NCBI RefSeq assembly: GCF_001194135.2
Contig: NC_068984.1
Location: 120,140,409-120,204,122, forward strand
Length of the DNA: 63,714 bases
Reading direction: 5' to 3'
From: Octopus bimaculoides
Taxonomy: Eukaryota
Part shown: one piece after another, positions 26,415 through 39,110 of the stretch
How the letters are laid out: each line of letters opens with the position of its first letter
Position numbering within the stretch: position 1 is the stretch's first letter
Notes under the pieces: model-generated
Seen by the model: the letters and a program-made list of their open reading frames with translations, nothing else
Database searches by the model: none
Told to the model about the DNA's origin: nothing
Translations under genes and position numbers: made by a program

Positions 26415-26838
26415 GGCGTGGGTGTGACTGTGAGGTAAGAAGTTTGCTTCCTAATCACGTGGTTCCAGTTTCAGTTCCATTGTGTGGAACCTTGGGCAAG
26501 TGTCTTCTACAATAGCCTCAGGCTGGTCTAAGTCTGGTGAGTGGATATGGTAGATGGAAACTGAAAGAAGCCTGTTGTATGTATATATATATATATGTAT
26601 ATAATTTTTATTGCCCACAAGGGGCTAAACATAGAGGTGACAAACAAGGACAGACAAAGGGACTAAGTCGATTACATCGACCCCAGTGTGTAACTGGTAC
26701 TTATTTAATCGACCCCAAAAGGATGAAAGGCAAAGTCAATCTTGGCGGAATTTGAACTTAGAATGTAGCGGCAGACGAAATGCCGTTAAGCATTTCGGCT
26801 GGCGTGGTAATAATTCTGCCAGCTTGCCATCTTAATAA

Positions 26839-26928
<90 letters not shown>

Positions 26929-27140
26929 GTACATATGTGTGTCTTTGAGTCTGTGTTTGTGTCCCTCACGACCGTGTTTATGTCCCCATAACTTTGCAGT
27001 TTGGCAAAAGACACTAATAGAATAAGTACTAGGCTTTAAAAAAAATAAAAGCACTGAGGCTGATTCATTTGATTAAAATTCTTCAAAGCAGTGCTCCAGC
27101 ATGGCCACAGTTTAATGACCGAAATAAGTAAAAGTGTGAA
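26415..27140 (+). mobile_element. SINE A containing a nested SINE C (26607-26835, minus) in its TA tract
   Basis: SINE A head at 26415-26580, then a SINE C in opposite orientation, then a TA/TG tract and the SINE A 3' half. Confidence 0.8.
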
Positions 27141-27149
27141 AGGATTAAA

Positions 27150-27900
27150 AGTTGTAGCCTATGCTCCACAATCTGGGGTGGCAAATAATCAGAAGGACCA
27201 CTTTGATGAAATCCTTTTAGAGTATAGTGCCCCTGGATGGATTCTTGGAGGTGCATAGAGGTTACAGTTTCAGTGCTAGAAGTGAGGACGGGAAAAAGGC
27301 TACTGGAGTTCTGTGATGATCTGCGATGCTAATTTCAGGAAATCTGCCAGCCACCCGATCACCTATCAATCTAGTAGGTACATAAGCCAGAGTGATAACA
27401 TTCTCACCAGAAAATGAGACAAACAGATGCTAGTGACTGCAAGGTCTTTCCCAGATAAAGAATGTATAATCCAACATAAATAAGTGGTTAGTGATTCAGA
27501 CTTGGAGCTAGAAGGCCTCAGAGAAATAAACCAATCTGGAAAAGAAAGATATGGAAGTTCAAAGACCCCAAAGATATTTAGAGAAATTCTAGCTGAAGCA
27601 CTTAGTGAAAAAGAGTTAGAAGTTAGAAATGTATAAACAAGAGGACAGCTAGAAGTTCCTATGGGATGACCTATTGAGTCTACCCAAAACATCTGTGACT
27701 AGTGCAATATTTTGGCAAAACTGAGTGGGACGCGGTGGTAAAAAAAACCTATAAAAAGTAAAAAGACAGGCCTGAAAGGACTGAAAAAAATGGAGGTAGC
27801 AGAGAATTGTATTAGGTACTCAGAAGGGAAGCTAGGCAATGGGTCTATAAGATTAAAGAAGAAACAGAAAGTAGGAAAGCCCCAAGTCCATTAGGATACT
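27150..27900 (+). mobile_element. RTE LINE APE-endonuclease remnant
   Basis: Translates as RLLEFCD...ANFRKSASHPITYQSSRYISQSDNILTRK*DKQMLVTARSFPDKECIIQHK*VVSD. This matches the C-terminal half of RTE endonucleases, with stops and frameshifts. Confidence 0.8.
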
Positions 27901-28068
27901 TTATTCATCTCAGTAGTGATGCCATCTAAAAGACACCTGTTTTTGTCTCTCTCATGCCTCTCAACATCTGACAGAAAGTTATCTCTCCCTCTATCAAATA
28001 CACACCAATTCAGTTGAGTGGGGGTGCTTTTCTTTTCTTGTCTGAAATTTTAAGGTGTTTCCCCTGTG

Positions 28069-28111
<43 letters not shown>

Positions 28112-28918
28112 CAACGTTATTTTATTCCACGTTATTTTATAAGTAGAAATATAGGAAACTTTTTAAGACCATTCATGTGACTAACCTCTATCAATCAAGT
28201 CCTATTCAAAACATATACTAAATTGAGCCATGAACTCCCTATAAAAATAGAACAAGCTTCAAACACTAGTCAGAAGCAAGACACTTGTGATATAAGTCAC
28301 ATTTTTCTATTTCAACTTTTGAAAATCAGTGTAAATTGTGAAACCGGTTAAAAATTTAAATATAATAAAAAAATATTTTAACTATTCTCAATGCATTTTC
28401 AATTTCTGTTTGTCCTATATATATATACAGAGAGAGAGAGAGAGAGAGGAAGAGAAGATCGATAGATAGAGCAATGAAAAAGGAGATAGAGAGAGAGAAT
28501 TAAAGAGAAAATGTAAATATTATGAAGAAAATTGGTTATTTTTCTTTATTTATGTCCAGACAGCATGAATGGTGTTTGCAGTAGAACAGTATCTGTTTTG
28601 GAGAGACAACTACACTGCCTTCATGTCAGAGAAATATGAATAGTCTCTATTTTCTAATGGATGTCATGACATAATAGATAAAGTGTAGAGTGTAGGACAG
28701 AGGGAGAACAGGAGAGATAGTGAGAGAGAAGTAGAGAATGACATGAGAGAGGGAGTGAGTGTGAGGGAAAGAGATACAGACATAAAGACGGAAAAAAGAG
28801 TGGAAGAAAGATGATAGTAGCGATTCGAATAACGTAAGAGAGAAAGGGTTAGAAAGAACTGCAGACATGTGTGTATACACACACCACACACACAAACACA
28901 CACACAGATATACATATA

Positions 28919-28949
<31 letters not shown>

Positions 28950-29242
28950 GTATATCTAAATGTATACATGTAGGCACACATATATATACATATATATGTG
29001 CATACATATATATACATATACATATANNNNNNNNNNNNNNNNNNNNNNNNNNNNNNNNNNNNNNNNNNNNNNNNNNNNNNNNNNNNNNNNNNNNNNNNNN
29101 NNNNNNNNNNNNNNNTGTGTGTGTATATATATATGTATATCTAAATGTATACATGTAGGCACACATATATATACATATATATGTGCATACATATATATAC
29201 ATATACATATATATGCATATATATATATATTTATATATATGT

Positions 29243-29301
<59 letters not shown>

Positions 29302-29613
29302 ATACACTTACTTGGAAATGAATGCATGGAGTTCAGTCAAATAATAATATAAATAATATATATAAACGGCGGTGCCCCAGCATGGCCACACCTCATGTGC
29401 TGAAACTAGATAAAATGAAAATATATATATATGTATATGTATATATATACATATGCATGTGCCATCCTGTACCCATATATGCATATGTGTGTGTGCGTAT
29501 AGATAGATATATACATATGCATGTGACGTCCTGTACCCATATATGCATATGTGTATGTATATATATATATATAAACACACATACACATATATATATATAT
29601 GCATATATATATA

Positions 29614-29688
<75 letters not shown>

Positions 29689-30382
29689 TATATTATTATT
29701 TGATTTAAAGCCATGCATCCATTTCCAAGTAAGTTTATCTTAATCTTTCTGATATGACTCTACTCTTTTCTGTTTTCTCCCCCTATCGTTTTCTCTCTCA
29801 TCGTTTCTCTAATTCCCTTTTTTGTCCCCTTCACCATTTTCTATCTCTCCCTCTCTCTCTCCCCATCTTTCTCCTTTACTCTCTCTTGTGTGCATACATG
29901 TGTGTGTGTGTGTCATTGTCTTCTTGCCTTGATATCACATGATATAAACAGATGTCAATGTCATGCAAGCAGTGTCCTCCATTGCCAATCTTGCATGAAA
30001 CATGCCTGGTTATGGGGAAGTATTGCATGGAAACAGGTGAGGGCTGGCATCAAGAAGGGCTTCTGACCATAGTAAAGCTGTCTCAATAAATTTTGTCTGA
30101 CTCATATAAGCATGGAAAAGTGGATGTAACAACTATGATGATGGCCATAGTATATTATCAATATTGTTATCATTATCATCATCATCATCATCATTATTAT
30201 CTTTTAACATCCACTTTCCTATCCCACTGCAATAATTTACAGGGCAATCATCCAGCTGTTAGCACCTGATAAAGTTTTCTGCAGAGTGCTTTTAGAGAGG
30301 CTTGAAGTGGCTGTGGACGTTGTACATTGAGAGGAACATGTTGGATTTTGTGACAACCGATTCTGCTGAGGAAATCTTCACA

Positions 30383-31033
30383 GGCGCAGGAGTGGCTGTG
30401 TGGTAAGTAGCTTACTTACCAACCACATGGTTCTGGGTTCAGTCCCACTGCATGGCACCTTGGGCAAGTGTCTTCTACTATAGCCTCGGGCTGACCAAAG
30501 CCCTGTGAGTGGATTTGGTAGACGGAAACTGAAAGAAGCCCGTCGTATGTATANNNNNNNNNNNNNNNNNNNNNNNNNNNNNNNNNNNNNNNNNNNNNNN
30601 NNNNNNNNNNNNNNNNNNNNNNNNNNNNNNNNNNNNNNNNNNNNNNNNNNNNNNNNNNNNNNNNNNNNNNNNNNNNNNNNNNNGATTGGAGCCTGGTGTA
30701 GCCATCCGGTTGCACCAGTCCTCAGTCAAATCGTCCAACCCATGCTAGCATGGAAAGCGGACGTCAAACGATGATGATGATGATGATATATATATATATA
30801 TATAATGTATGTGTGTGTATATGTTTGTGTGTCTGTGTTTGTCCCCCAACATCACTTGACAACTGATGCTGGTGTGTTTACGTCCTCGTAACTTAGCGGT
30901 TTGGCAAAAGAGACCGATAGAATAAGTACTAGGCTTACAAAGAATAAGTCCTAGGGTCAATTTGCTCGACTAAAAGCGGTGCTCCAGCATGGCCACTGTC
31001 AAATGACTGAAACAAGTAAAAGTGTAAAAGAGT
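30383..31033 (+). mobile_element. SINE A with an RTE 3'UTR (30684-30787) nested in its TA tract
   Basis: Near-consensus head ggcgcaggagtggctgtgtggtaag...ggttcagtccc, then a gap, an RTE tail with (GAT)n, and the SINE A 3' half. Confidence 0.85.
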
Positions 31034-31084
31034 ATTCAGAAATATTATTGAACAGTGTATTGAACTTCAAAGACCACTGAAGCT

Positions 31085-31545
31085 AGATTCTCTTGACTTT
31101 AAGAAGGTATTTGATAGCATCCAGAGACTCCTTATGGAGAATTGCTTTGCAGTATGGCATCCCTCAACACTATGTCAATACCTTTAATGAACTTTACACA
31201 TGTTAGTGAGACTGTGTTTGAATGGAAGCAAGGAAAACAGACTTCTTCAATATGCTTACAGGAGTGAAACAAGGCTGCATTCTATCATCCCTATTATTCT
31301 TATTGGCAGTAAATTTTACCTACAGAAAAAAGTAAACATACTCAGTGGCAGAATACCATGTAAAAATACAGATGAGACCATAAGACCTGGATTTTGCTGA
31401 TGACCTTGTCATACTCACTGAAGATGATAAAAACCTACAAAAGCTCAGAACAGAATGTGGGAAGAAAAATGAGAATAGAATGCTGGAAAGATTGGTCTGA
31501 CAATCAGTGTGGAGAAGACCAAAACAATTAACATTACAAATGTGT
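31085..31545 (+). mobile_element. RTE-clade reverse transcriptase fragment
   Basis: LDFKKVFDSI, TGVKQGCILSSLLF, DLDFADDLVIL and IGLTISVEKTK, with frameshifts. Confidence 0.85.
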
Positions 31546-32218
31546 CATAATATTTGCAGCTAAAACAAACAAGATCTAAACCAACACTTGAGAAATGTCT
31601 CAAATATAATTATTTTCAAATACATCTTGAATAAATCTAATTAACTTCTTACTTAATCATAATATTTTCAACCAAATTTAAACAAATGACTGAAAAACAA
31701 TTAATTAATCAATTGTTATTTGACATTGAATAAATAGAATGTATTGAAGATGGCAAATACAATAGATTGCCAGACTGGTTTTCTTTATCCTGACTAGTTT
31801 GTCATACCTCTATTTTGATTTAAAATTTCCCCAAATTTACCAAAACAAATTATGTTTTTCTAGAAAGTTGCTGGTTAATTTCTTGTTGCCATGATTATAG
31901 GTCTTGATAGAATCCCCCTCTGAACCTCTTCCATGTGCTCATTCCATTTTTTCACTGCATCCAAAAAGAGGATGTAGCAGACTTGTAGCAGACAGATACT
32001 GCCATATTTTCCATATCAGCCTCTCTAAGGAGTATAGTATCAGGCAACCACTGAATTACCCAACTTGTTTGTGAAACCAACGGCTAAGATTGACTAAAAT
32101 GAACCAATAAACATGATACTGCATAATATAAAGATTAATATACCCCAACTAGCCGGAATATCATGAAGGCTAATAGGGTGAAAGTTCAAAGTTACTGTCA
32201 CCCCTATTCTTATAAAAG

Positions 32219-32320
<102 letters not shown>

Positions 32321-32934
32321 CTGGCAATCTGTTGTATTTGTTATCTTCAAAACACATGCACATATATACATAAGATTATAATATATATGATATATAATAT
32401 ATATAATATCTATCTGTCTATCTATCTATCTATCTATCTGTCTCCCTATCTGTCTGCTTGCCTGCCTGTCTGTTTATCTTTCTATCTATCTGTCTTTCCA
32501 CCTACCTACCCACCCATATATAGAGGATAACCTAACATTGTTTAAGGGTTGGAGCTATAGCAGAAGACAATTGCCAAAAGTGCCACACTGTGGGGCTGAA
32601 GCCGAAACCATGCAGTTTCAAATGCAAAGTGAGCTTCTTAATCATACAGCCATACCAACATCATCTATATATTAATTTATATAATTTCAAAATTTTTGAT
32701 TTGAAATTATCAAATAATGTTTTCAATTAGATGGGTTATTGTCTGAAACGTTCAACATTCGAGAAAGGCGTTAGAAATAACTATCATTTGACATCCTAAA
32801 ATAATTCGATTATTTATCTGAGCATATCACAACTGTATTGATTTTATTATTGCCTACATAAATCTGCTAGTCTTAAACATTCAAGCATATACAAAAATTC
32901 TATTTTACAAGAATTTGAATGCTCTTTCTCCCTT

Positions 32935-32958
32935 CCTCTCTCTTTCTCTCTCTCTCTT

Positions 32959-32989
<31 letters not shown>

Positions 32990-33095
32990 TTCTCTCTCTC
33001 TCTTTCTCTCTCTCTCTTTCTCTCTCTCTCTTTCTCTCTCTCTCTTTCTCTCTCTCTCTTTCTCTCTCTCTCTTTCTCTCCCTCTCTTTCTCTCT
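32935..33095. repeat. Compound TTT(CT)n polypyrimidine tract
   Basis: Directly visible. Explains the SLSL/RERE pseudo-ORFs. Confidence 0.95.
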
Positions 33096-33193
33096 CTGCT
33101 CCCCTCACTCATATATATTTGCACAAGTTGTCCCACAACACTATGAAACCCAGAACTTTCTGAAATATTCAGCTATTGCGCATCCACAATGGC

Positions 33194-33239
<46 letters not shown>

Positions 33240-33344
33240 TAATAAAGATTTCATTTATTTGCCACAAGGGCGAAGTTTGAGGGGGACAATACAAAGACAG
33301 ACATAAAATGTGGTGGTGGTGGGGGGGACATATAATGAAATGTT

Positions 33345-33807
33345 AATAATAAAGACAGGAAAGAAAATACTTGTAGACTATTAGATGTCAGTGTTCCCAC
33401 TGATAAAGATATATCTGTAAAGGAATTTGACAAATTAAGTAAATATAAGGACCTGGAAATTGAAATAAAAAGATATGGCATCTTAAAGCAAGAACTGTTC
33501 CTGTTATTGTGGGTTCCCTAGGTATGATAAGAAAGGGATGTCAGAAACATCTAGATGATATCCCAGGAGAACCATGTCTCAGAGAAATTCAAAAGATTGT
33601 GCTAACAAGAACTGCACACATCCTTAGAAAAAGCCCTTTCAATTTAAATGTCTGTGTTGTATTACATGAAGATATTTCGCTACTGCCCCTGCCATTTCCC
33701 CTCCCCAAGCTTTCAGTCATACTGTAACATCTCTTATTTTTCACTTGCCCTAAGATACTGGGTGTGTCACAGCAAGTGATTCTAACAAACATGCAGATTG
33801 AAAGTAA
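33345..33807 (+). mobile_element. Dong/R4-clade LINE 3' end (restriction-like endonuclease) ending in (TAA)n
   Basis: KDRKENTCRLLDVSVPTDKDISVKEFDKLSKYKDLEIEIKR/WHLKARTVPVIVGSLG...IQKIVLTRTAHILRK has the D...EK..KY.DL RLE signature, followed by a 3'UTR and (TAA)n. Confidence 0.85.
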
Positions 33808-33846
33808 ATAATAATAATAAAAATAATGATAATAATAATGATAATA

Positions 33847-34546
33847 ATCCTTTCTACTATTGGCACAAGGCCTGAAATCTGAGGGAAGGGATAAGTCGAT
33901 TACATCACTCCCAGAGCTCGGCTGGTTCTTATTTCATCAACTCTGGAAGGATGAAAGGCAAAGTCTACCTTAGCAGAATTTGAGCTAAGAACATAAAGAC
34001 AGACAAAATGCTGCTAAAGCATTTTGCTTGGCATGCTAATAACTCTGCCAGCTTGCCACCTTAATAACAATTATAAAAATGGCTTCAAATTTTGGCACAA
34101 GGCCAGCAATTTTTGGTGACGGGTCTAGTCAATTACATCGACCCCAGTACTCAACTGGCACATATTTTATCAACCCTGAAAGGATAAAAGGCAAAATTGA
34201 CCTGAGTGGAATTTGAACTCATAACGTAAAGACAGAGGAAATGCCACTAAGCATTTTGCCTGGCATGCTAATGATTTCGCCAGTTCACTACGTTAATAAT
34301 AACAATGATAATAAACTAGTAATAATAATAATCTTTTCTATTGTAGGCACAAGGCTTGAAATTTGGGAGAAGGGGATGGTGAAACACATCAACCCCAGTA
34401 CTCAAAGGGTACTTAATTTATCAACCCTGAAAGGATGAAAGGTAAAATCAACCTCAGTGGCCTTTGAACTCAGAATGTAACGATGAGTGAAATACTGCTA
34501 AGCATTTAGTCCATCATGCTAACAATTCTGCCAGCTCGCCGCCTTA
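33847..34546 (-). mobile_element. Three tandem SINE C copies (33847-34063, 34081-34295, 34331-34546)
   Basis: Each carries ggcacaagg...tcgattacatc.accccag...ggatgaaaggcaaa...atttgaactca...ctgccagct and is separated by AAT-rich spacers. Confidence 0.85.
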
Positions 34547-34549
34547 CTA

Positions 34550-34586
<37 letters not shown>

Positions 34587-34789
34587 CAATAATATTGAGC
34601 TTATTGCTCACAGTACTCAAGTGCACTAGAAATCATTGGAGAAGGGAAAAGAAGGGAACAGAAAACAGCAATAAGTCAAAGAAAGAAAGACAATAATGAC
34701 AGCCAAAAATGCATGCACAGAACACAGAATACAACACACAAAAAAAGGCAGAAAATGGAACAGCAAAAGAACCACAAAGATGAATCAGA

Positions 34790-34950
34790 GCATATGCATG
34801 TCAAGAAATAGTATTGGTGAATTTCAGGAAGCACGAAATGTTTGAAGGATGCAGTGTTCTGAAAGCTAACAACCAATGTCAGGGCTAGTTTATTTCTTCT
34901 TCCGTTGCTTAAATTGCACTTGAAGAAAGCTTGAACATGGCAAATTCTCA
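34790..34950 (-). mobile_element. CR1-type LINE 3' end
   Basis: Reverse complement matches the gcatccttcaa...ttcctgaaatt tail at 48530-48712. Confidence 0.55.
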
Positions 34951-35158
34951 TTTATCTTTACTTGATAAATAAATCTTTTGCTTAATATATAGGTTAATCT
35001 TTTCACTGTCCCCTCTATTGGTCCATCAAGCTGGATTCTGGAATGTTATGTAAATGAACAGTAATAAATATTTCCTTGGTTAGAATACCAACGACTTGCA
35101 GTTAACGTCTTCATGGATTCCAATAACTTTTCACTCAAAAAGCTAAGCTAGATGAAAA

Positions 35159-35159
<1 letters not shown>

Positions 35160-35197
<38 letters not shown>
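35160..35197. repeat. Poly(A) run
   Basis: Directly visible. Confidence 0.95.
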
Positions 35198-35199
<2 letters not shown>

Positions 35200-35729
35200 G
35201 AAAACAAGCCATCTTATCAAATGATACAAGAGATATTTTGTATCCTGTGGATTCATTACATTTGGATTCTTCTTACCTGTGATGTTGAACTGGGTGTTGT
35301 GTTGCATATTTATATATGTTGAATTTTCAACACGACCATCATAGGTTTTTATATTTTATTTGGTGCTCCAGCATGGCCACAGTCAAATGACCAAAACAAG
35401 TAAAAGAGTAAAAAAATTTATCTAAAATTATTAATGTTATTACTGTTATTATTATAATTAATAAGGCAGTGAGCTATCAGAATCATTTACTTGCCAAGAC
35501 TATTTCGTACTTAAGAGGGTTGTATCTATCTATCTTTATGCTTTCCTTCTTGACTATTCATGGGTCAAAAGGGCATGCAACAGCAACTATACTGCATTAT
35601 TATTATTATTATGGACTCTCTTCGTGGATTTGAAAGCGGAAGAACGTGTGTTCATTAGCTGTAAGCTTTTGTTCCATTTTTACAGATAATAGTGTTGTAT
35701 CTGAAAATTTTTTATGACCTTTCTGTGTC

Positions 35730-37420
35730 CAGGTCAACTGGGCTCTTGCTGAGTTGAGTAGTGAGGCGGGACTTTACCCCTTTTGGGGCGAATTTTCAAT
35801 TCAAATTCTTGATTTTTTTTCATTTTTCAATTTTAAAATTTGCAACATGTCCTTAGAGAAGAGTATAAGCTTTTCCTTTCTTTTTGACTTCCCTCCTCTG
35901 CTGTCAGAAAACAGCCAAAAATGTTTAAAAATTAATTCTCTCTGCCCTCTCTGTGCCTTAAAAGGCAGAGAGAGAGATGACCAAAGTCTTGCTAGCATGT
36001 GCAACGCTGAGCAACAGAAGGAAAAAGAAGAAAAGAAATGCAAGAAAGAAGAGGAAAAGAGCAAGGAAATTCAGCTAATGGATGCTGCTAGCATCGCAAC
36101 AGCAGTGAATCCAAGCCCTCCCTCTACCACTACTAACACTAAAACATTGAACACTCAACAGCAACAACCTAATGCATTAAACAGCTGAGGTTTTGCTTTA
36201 ATGGCAAAGCCTAGAAATGAATTCATTGATGTTTCTGTAGAATCTCTCAAAGACTACAGAAACATGTTAAAAAGAAAAAGCGAAAGATGTGTTTCAATAA
36301 ACACACCTCCAGATATTATAGACAATACAAACAAATGTACCATAGTGTACAAAAGTATTTCTTTAAAAATTAGTTGTTTAGAAACTGCCACAAATGAAGC
36401 AGTTGAAAAATGCTTGTAACTTATTTGGAAAGATGTAACATATCTGTTGAGGGGTAAGAAACTTGAATTGGAGTCAGATTTGCTACAGAAGATGTAGCAA
36501 AACAGCACTCAACAGCCCAGCTGAGAAACAGTGAACTTGTCCTAGTTCCAACATACTTCAGAAACTCGAGACATTGAGAGGCATCTAGTATGAACTACGA
36601 TGTGGGAAAGTTGTTTTGGCATATGCAAACAACGTCACTGTCATAGATCTGGTCAGCACTACTGTGAAAGAATACGGGGAAGTAACAGGAGCAAAGATTA
36701 ATCTGGAAAAATTGGCGGGACTGCAGCTTGGCACCTGGAGACGCAGATGATCTATGCCAACCAACAGCATTGAAAGATATCAGATGGTCGAGCTTGTAAA
36801 ATTGCTCAGGGTCTGATTCGGACTGGACCTCCAGCTGGAAAAGAACTGGAGTGAGGTGACGAGCAGGGTAGCCAGTCTCACCCAGAAATAGGCCAAGAGG
36901 AAGCTATCCTTGAAAGGTCAGGCAGAATTGGTAAACACATATGTCACCATTGTGCCTTGCCCTAGTTCATACTTAATCAAGCTGGAGCATTTGCTTTTCT
37001 GCCTGTTATGGAAGGGACAGACTCCACTGGTCAGGTACTCCATTTTCTGTCATTTTCTGGGTATGCTGTGGCTATTGTTGTGCAGACATGCACTGAGGCT
37101 GCGGCACATCCAGCGTTTCCTCAATGACGATAAGCAGGTGTGGTCGCTGTTTGTCAGACTTGCTTTCCCACAGCTTGTCTCTCTGAGTGAGCTGTAATCT
37201 TGGAACAAGCGAAGACTGAGGCTGGGCGTCTGGCACCTTGAGTATCATCAGGCGCTCACACTCGTCAATGCAGTTAGTTGAAGTTCTACTATGGCATTGT
37301 ATAGAGGGTTAGTGATGAAAAGAAATGACAACGTTCGTGGGGAGACTCTAGGAGTCGATGAATTTCAACTTGCCAGTCTATTCTGGAGGACTTTTGGGTT
37401 GAGGTCTATGGATAGCTTCC
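35730..37420 (+). mobile_element. L1/Tx1-clade LINE with 5' region and ORF1 N-terminus joined to the RT region
   Basis: The RT part reads KLETLRGI*...VLAYANNVTVI...EYGEVTGAKINLEK...LQLGTW...RKLSLKGQA, typical of Tx1 ORF2. Upstream 36201-36557 (TIVYKSISLKISCLE...RGKK...VPTYF) is interpreted as ORF1. The junction is near 36558. Confidence 0.75.
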
Positions 37421-38535
37421 AGAAAGGATTATTATCATTATCATCGTCATCATTATTATCTTATGGGGTGAGGGAGCTGTTATTTCAAGGATGAGTTATG
37501 TTATTTCAGGGACGAGTTTCTCTTGTTTATTCACTTCAAAGATGGTAGGATGAAGTTTGAAAGCAACTTAGCAGCTATTTCTAGCTGTTCATGCAACTGT
37601 ATAAAGGCCATTTCTATGCTCACACAGTTACACTGTACCCTATACATTTAACCACTGTATATTGGAATTTACAGCATGGTTTTCTTTAAGAGAGTGAGGT
37701 GTTGTAGATTTGGTGTTATTTAGAAATGGATCATACCTTGTCATTCAACTGACTACCTATTTGTCTTATATTTGCTTGTTCAGAGCTAAACTGGAAACTG
37801 CAGAACAAGAAATCTAGCTATGAATTTTAAATCAGAAAAAACCTTTTCACCTGGTATCATAACACAATATCATAACTTGGCTGTTTCACCTTAATTCAGG
37901 CTTTTCTTGGTGGAATTTTCTTGTGAAAAGCAAATATTTTTGTGGGTTGTGTGAGATTTAGAGAAATGGATCATAATGTATGGTTAAAACATATTTGGAA
38001 AGTGACTGTTGGAAGGGAAAGATTAATAATAAGAAAAGTATTTCTGATATTTTATAAATTTCAATAATCTGGTTGGTATGTACTAGAAGGGAAGAATGGG
38101 GACATTGAAAGAAAGAGGTGGGGAGAGAAAGGGTGAAAGGAGGCAAAATAACAAATCAGGAAATGAAAGAAAATATCAAAAATAAGGAAAGGGTAAGTGA
38201 AGAGGGGGAGTAGAAGAGGGAGAGAGAAAGTGAGAGAGAGAGTGAGAGGTGGCAGGAGCTTTAAGGAAATAAGGGATATGAGAAAAATAAGGTAGAGATT
38301 ATAAATGCAAGAGAATAAAAGAAGTGGAGTGGAACAGGAAGAAGGAAATGGAGTGAATTGGGGGGGGGAGAGAAATAGGAAAAGGGAAGGAAGGAAAAAC
38401 TTAAGTAATAAGGAAAAAGATGCTTGTGCTTGTCAAATAGAGTATATTTATGCGTGTGTCTAATAACATATATGTAATATAGCACATACATATTTATTGA
38501 TAGATAGATAGATAGATGTGTGTATATATGTGTGA

Positions 38536-38567
<32 letters not shown>

Positions 38568-38624
38568 TTTTTTATATATAGATATATAGACACACATAAA
38601 CATACACACATTCTCTTTCTTCTC

Positions 38625-38663
<39 letters not shown>

Positions 38664-39052
38664 AAAATCATGTCTTTAGAGTGTTTTGAATGCTCGAAAT
38701 GAGGGGTAGATAGACAGCCGACTACCGATGAAGGGTCATTTCTCTGTGTTTACTTGTCCTGTTTTCTATTTTTTTTCTCTTGTTGTTTGTATATTTAACT
38801 CATTTGTTTACATATTTCATGTTGTTTACATGTTTCTGCCAGCTCACCGCCTTTCAGTTTCTGCCTACCAAATCTAATCACAGGGCTTTTGTTGGCCTGA
38901 GGCTATAGAAAATGACACTTACCCCATGGTGCCACACAATAGGACTGAACCTGGAACAATATGGCTTGGAAGCAAACATCTTACCACACAGCCACACCTG
39001 TGCTTATGTATATAGATGTGTGTGTTTGTATATTTACACAGACAGACAGACA

Positions 39053-39110
<58 letters not shown>

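Noticed and set aside
28900-29230. Duplicated TA/CA-rich block on either side of the gap at 29028-29115
   Set aside because: Near-identical sequence flanking a gap is probably an assembly echo.
30383-30460. tRNA gene-like sequence with A and B boxes
   Set aside because: It is the head of SINE A and continues into the SINE body. No complete cloverleaf is evident.
35279-35345. Minus-strand open frame YDGRVENSTYINMQHNTQFNITG ending at a strong gtaaga donor
   Set aside because: There is no credible acceptor downstream of the in-frame stop, so it cannot be supported as an exon.
35754-36188. 144-aa ORF as a host gene
   Set aside because: It has a non-ATG start, is low complexity, and lies in the 5' region of the Tx1-like LINE.
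37784-37817. Possible terminal exon AKLETAEQEI* after a good acceptor
   Set aside because: It is too short, two frames give equally plausible short peptides, and there is no supporting neighbour.
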